This document shows positions 43,330-44,559 of a DNA stretch of 44,559 nucleotides, piece by piece. A model generated the notes under the pieces. It worked only from the letters and a program-made list of their open reading frames with translations, made no database searches and was not told the origin of the DNA. Made by a program: the position numbers and the translations under genes. The stretch is from the sequence record PP920553.1; one strand, written 5' to 3'. Position 1 is the stretch's first letter; each line of letters opens with the position of its first letter. This stretch comes from Escherichia phage SM_A8.

Positions 43330-44472
43330 ATGCACCCGCAAACTAAAATTACCGATGAGCAATTGATCGCAGAAATTCAGGCCGGAACTACGGTTAAAGA
43401 GATTGCGAAGAAGTACGGCATTGCACTTCGAAATGTCTACATGCGCAAAGCCCGCCTGTCGAAAAAAGGCATTGGACACGGCAACGATGCCGTAATACGC
43501 AAGCGCGTTGCCGATGGGTTTGGGGTTAAGCGCGTATCGGCCCTGGTGCGCGGCAATGGCGAAGAGGTCATGTCGTGGGTCATCACTGAGCAGGACAAAG
43601 AGCGCCAACTCGAAGCCATGCGCGCGGTTGTCGAGGGTATGAACAGCGAAATCACACCGGCAGCGCCAGTAAAAGCCCCGCCAGTACCGATCCAGGCGCT
43701 CGACTTGCTCAACCTGTACACCGTGTCAGACTTCCACCTGGGCATGTTGGCATGGGGCGAGGAGACTGGCGAAGATTGGGATATGGCGATCGCCGAAGAC
43801 CTGTTCTACCGCTGGTTTGTCGAAGCCTTCGCCCGCGCCCCGGACGCAGGCACTGCCGTAATTAATATTCTCGGGGATATGGCGCACTTTGATAGCCTCG
43901 ATGCTGTCACTCCGGCAAGTGGTCACATACTGGACGCTGACACCCGCTACCAGAAACTGGTCCGATACATGATTCGCATGGTGCGCAACGTCGTCGAACT
44001 GGCGCTGCAAAAACACCACAAAGTCAAACTGCTAATCGTCCAGGGAAATCATGACGAGACGGGTATGATTTGGCTGGCGGAGATGTTCAATACTATGTAC
44101 GAGAACGAGCCGCGCGTCGATGTGGATACGTCCCCGGACGTCTACAAAATGGTGCAGCACGGTAAGACCACGCTATTCTTCCACCATGGGCACAAAGCGC
44201 GCTTTGACGCTATCGAAACCGTCATGATTTCTAAATTCAGACAGGCTTTCGGATCCAGTGAGTACAGCTACGCGCACATAGGCCACCTGCACCACCAGAA
44301 GATTGTAGAATCCCGCAACATGATTGTTGAACAGCACCGGACGCTCGCAGCGAAAGACGCCTACGCCAGTCGTGGCGGTTGGATGTCCGGTCGCAGCGCA
44401 AACGTCATTACCTACAGCGCCAACTACGGCGAAGTAGCGCGCTTAACCATTAGCCCGGAAATGTTGAAGTAA
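43330..44472 (+). CDS. HTH domain fused to calcineurin-like metallophosphoesterase (Mre11/SbcD-like motifs)
   Basis: N-terminal HTH-like TVKEIAKKYGIALRNVYMRKARL; phosphoesterase motifs SDFHLG, GDMAHFD, GNHDE, HHGH, GHLHH. Confidence 0.65.
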   Translation: MHPQTKITDEQLIAEIQAGTTVKEIAKKYGIALRNVYMRKARLSKKGIGHGNDAVIRKRVADGFGVKRVSALVRGNGEEVMSWVITEQDKERQLEAMRAVVEGMNSEITPAAPVKAPPVPIQALDLLNLYTVSDFHLGMLAWGEETGEDWDMAIAEDLFYRWFVEAFARAPDAGTAVINILGDMAHFDSLDAVTPASGHILDADTRYQKLVRYMIRMVRNVVELALQKHHKVKLLIVQGNHDETGMIWLAEMFNTMYENEPRVDVDTSPDVYKMVQHGKTTLFFHHGHKARFDAIETVMISKFRQAFGSSEYSYAHIGHLHHQKIVESRNMIVEQHRTLAAKDAYASRGGWMSGRSANVITYSANYGEVARLTISPEMLK

Positions 44473-44559
44473 CGGCAGCCAGTAATCCTCCCAGCCTGCC
44501 GATTTGGTGGGCTTTTTTGTGCCTGTTATAATCCCACTTAGATGGCAGGGCCGTCTCCT

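Noticed and set aside
1-44559. Integrated prophage / lysogeny module (integrase, CI/Cro-like switch, attachment site)
   Set aside because: No tyrosine or serine recombinase motifs, no flanking bacterial genes and no repressor-type gene pair at the divergent promoter region; the only HTH protein there is small and unassigned. A virulent lifestyle is the default reading but is unproven.

Overview
The window reads as a near-complete (~44.6 kb) genome of a tailed dsDNA bacteriophage with a lambda-like siphovirus tail module. No integrase or lysogeny module is visible, so it is probably virulent; sigma70-like promoters and a Dam-type methyltransferase suggest an enterobacterial host (inference). 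All calls come from reading the sequence and the supplied ORF track by eye; no database search or structure prediction was run.

Layout:
- 1-24 kb, rightward: packaging and morphogenesis (TerS, TerL, portal, head morphogenesis, scaffold, major capsid, neck proteins, major tail, G/GT chaperone with a -1 frameshift site, tape measure, M/L/K/I/J-like tip proteins, tail fiber with C-terminal chaperone domain). Two leftward inserts interrupt it: a two-gene cassette at 5.0-6.2 kb and an Llp/Cor-like lipoprotein at 22.0-22.2 kb.
- 24-36.5 kb, leftward: DNA metabolism and replication (nuclease-like, HAD-like, Dam and C5-like methyltransferases, SNF2 helicase, VRR-NUC, HNH, family A DNA polymerase, charged-tail SSB-like protein, RecB/Cas4-like exonuclease).
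- 36.9-44.5 kb, rightward: HTH regulator, primase-helicase, small early genes, holin-endolysin, HTH-phosphoesterase fusion.

Most notable non-coding signals:
- An 8-mer (TTGGTTGC / GCAACCAA) found at least 20 times by eye, mostly at promoter-like sites.
- Two colinear 173-bp direct repeats carrying GCGGGACA arrays and a GC-rich hairpin (11.9 kb and 39.7 kb).
- An iteron/palindrome cluster right after the primase gene.
- A promoter-terminator pair predicted to make a ~55-nt leftward RNA.

No single element can be named as a defined new system from sequence alone; the strongest candidates for something undescribed are the GCGGGACA repeat elements, the promoter-associated 8-mer, the small RNA candidate and the two leftward inserts.
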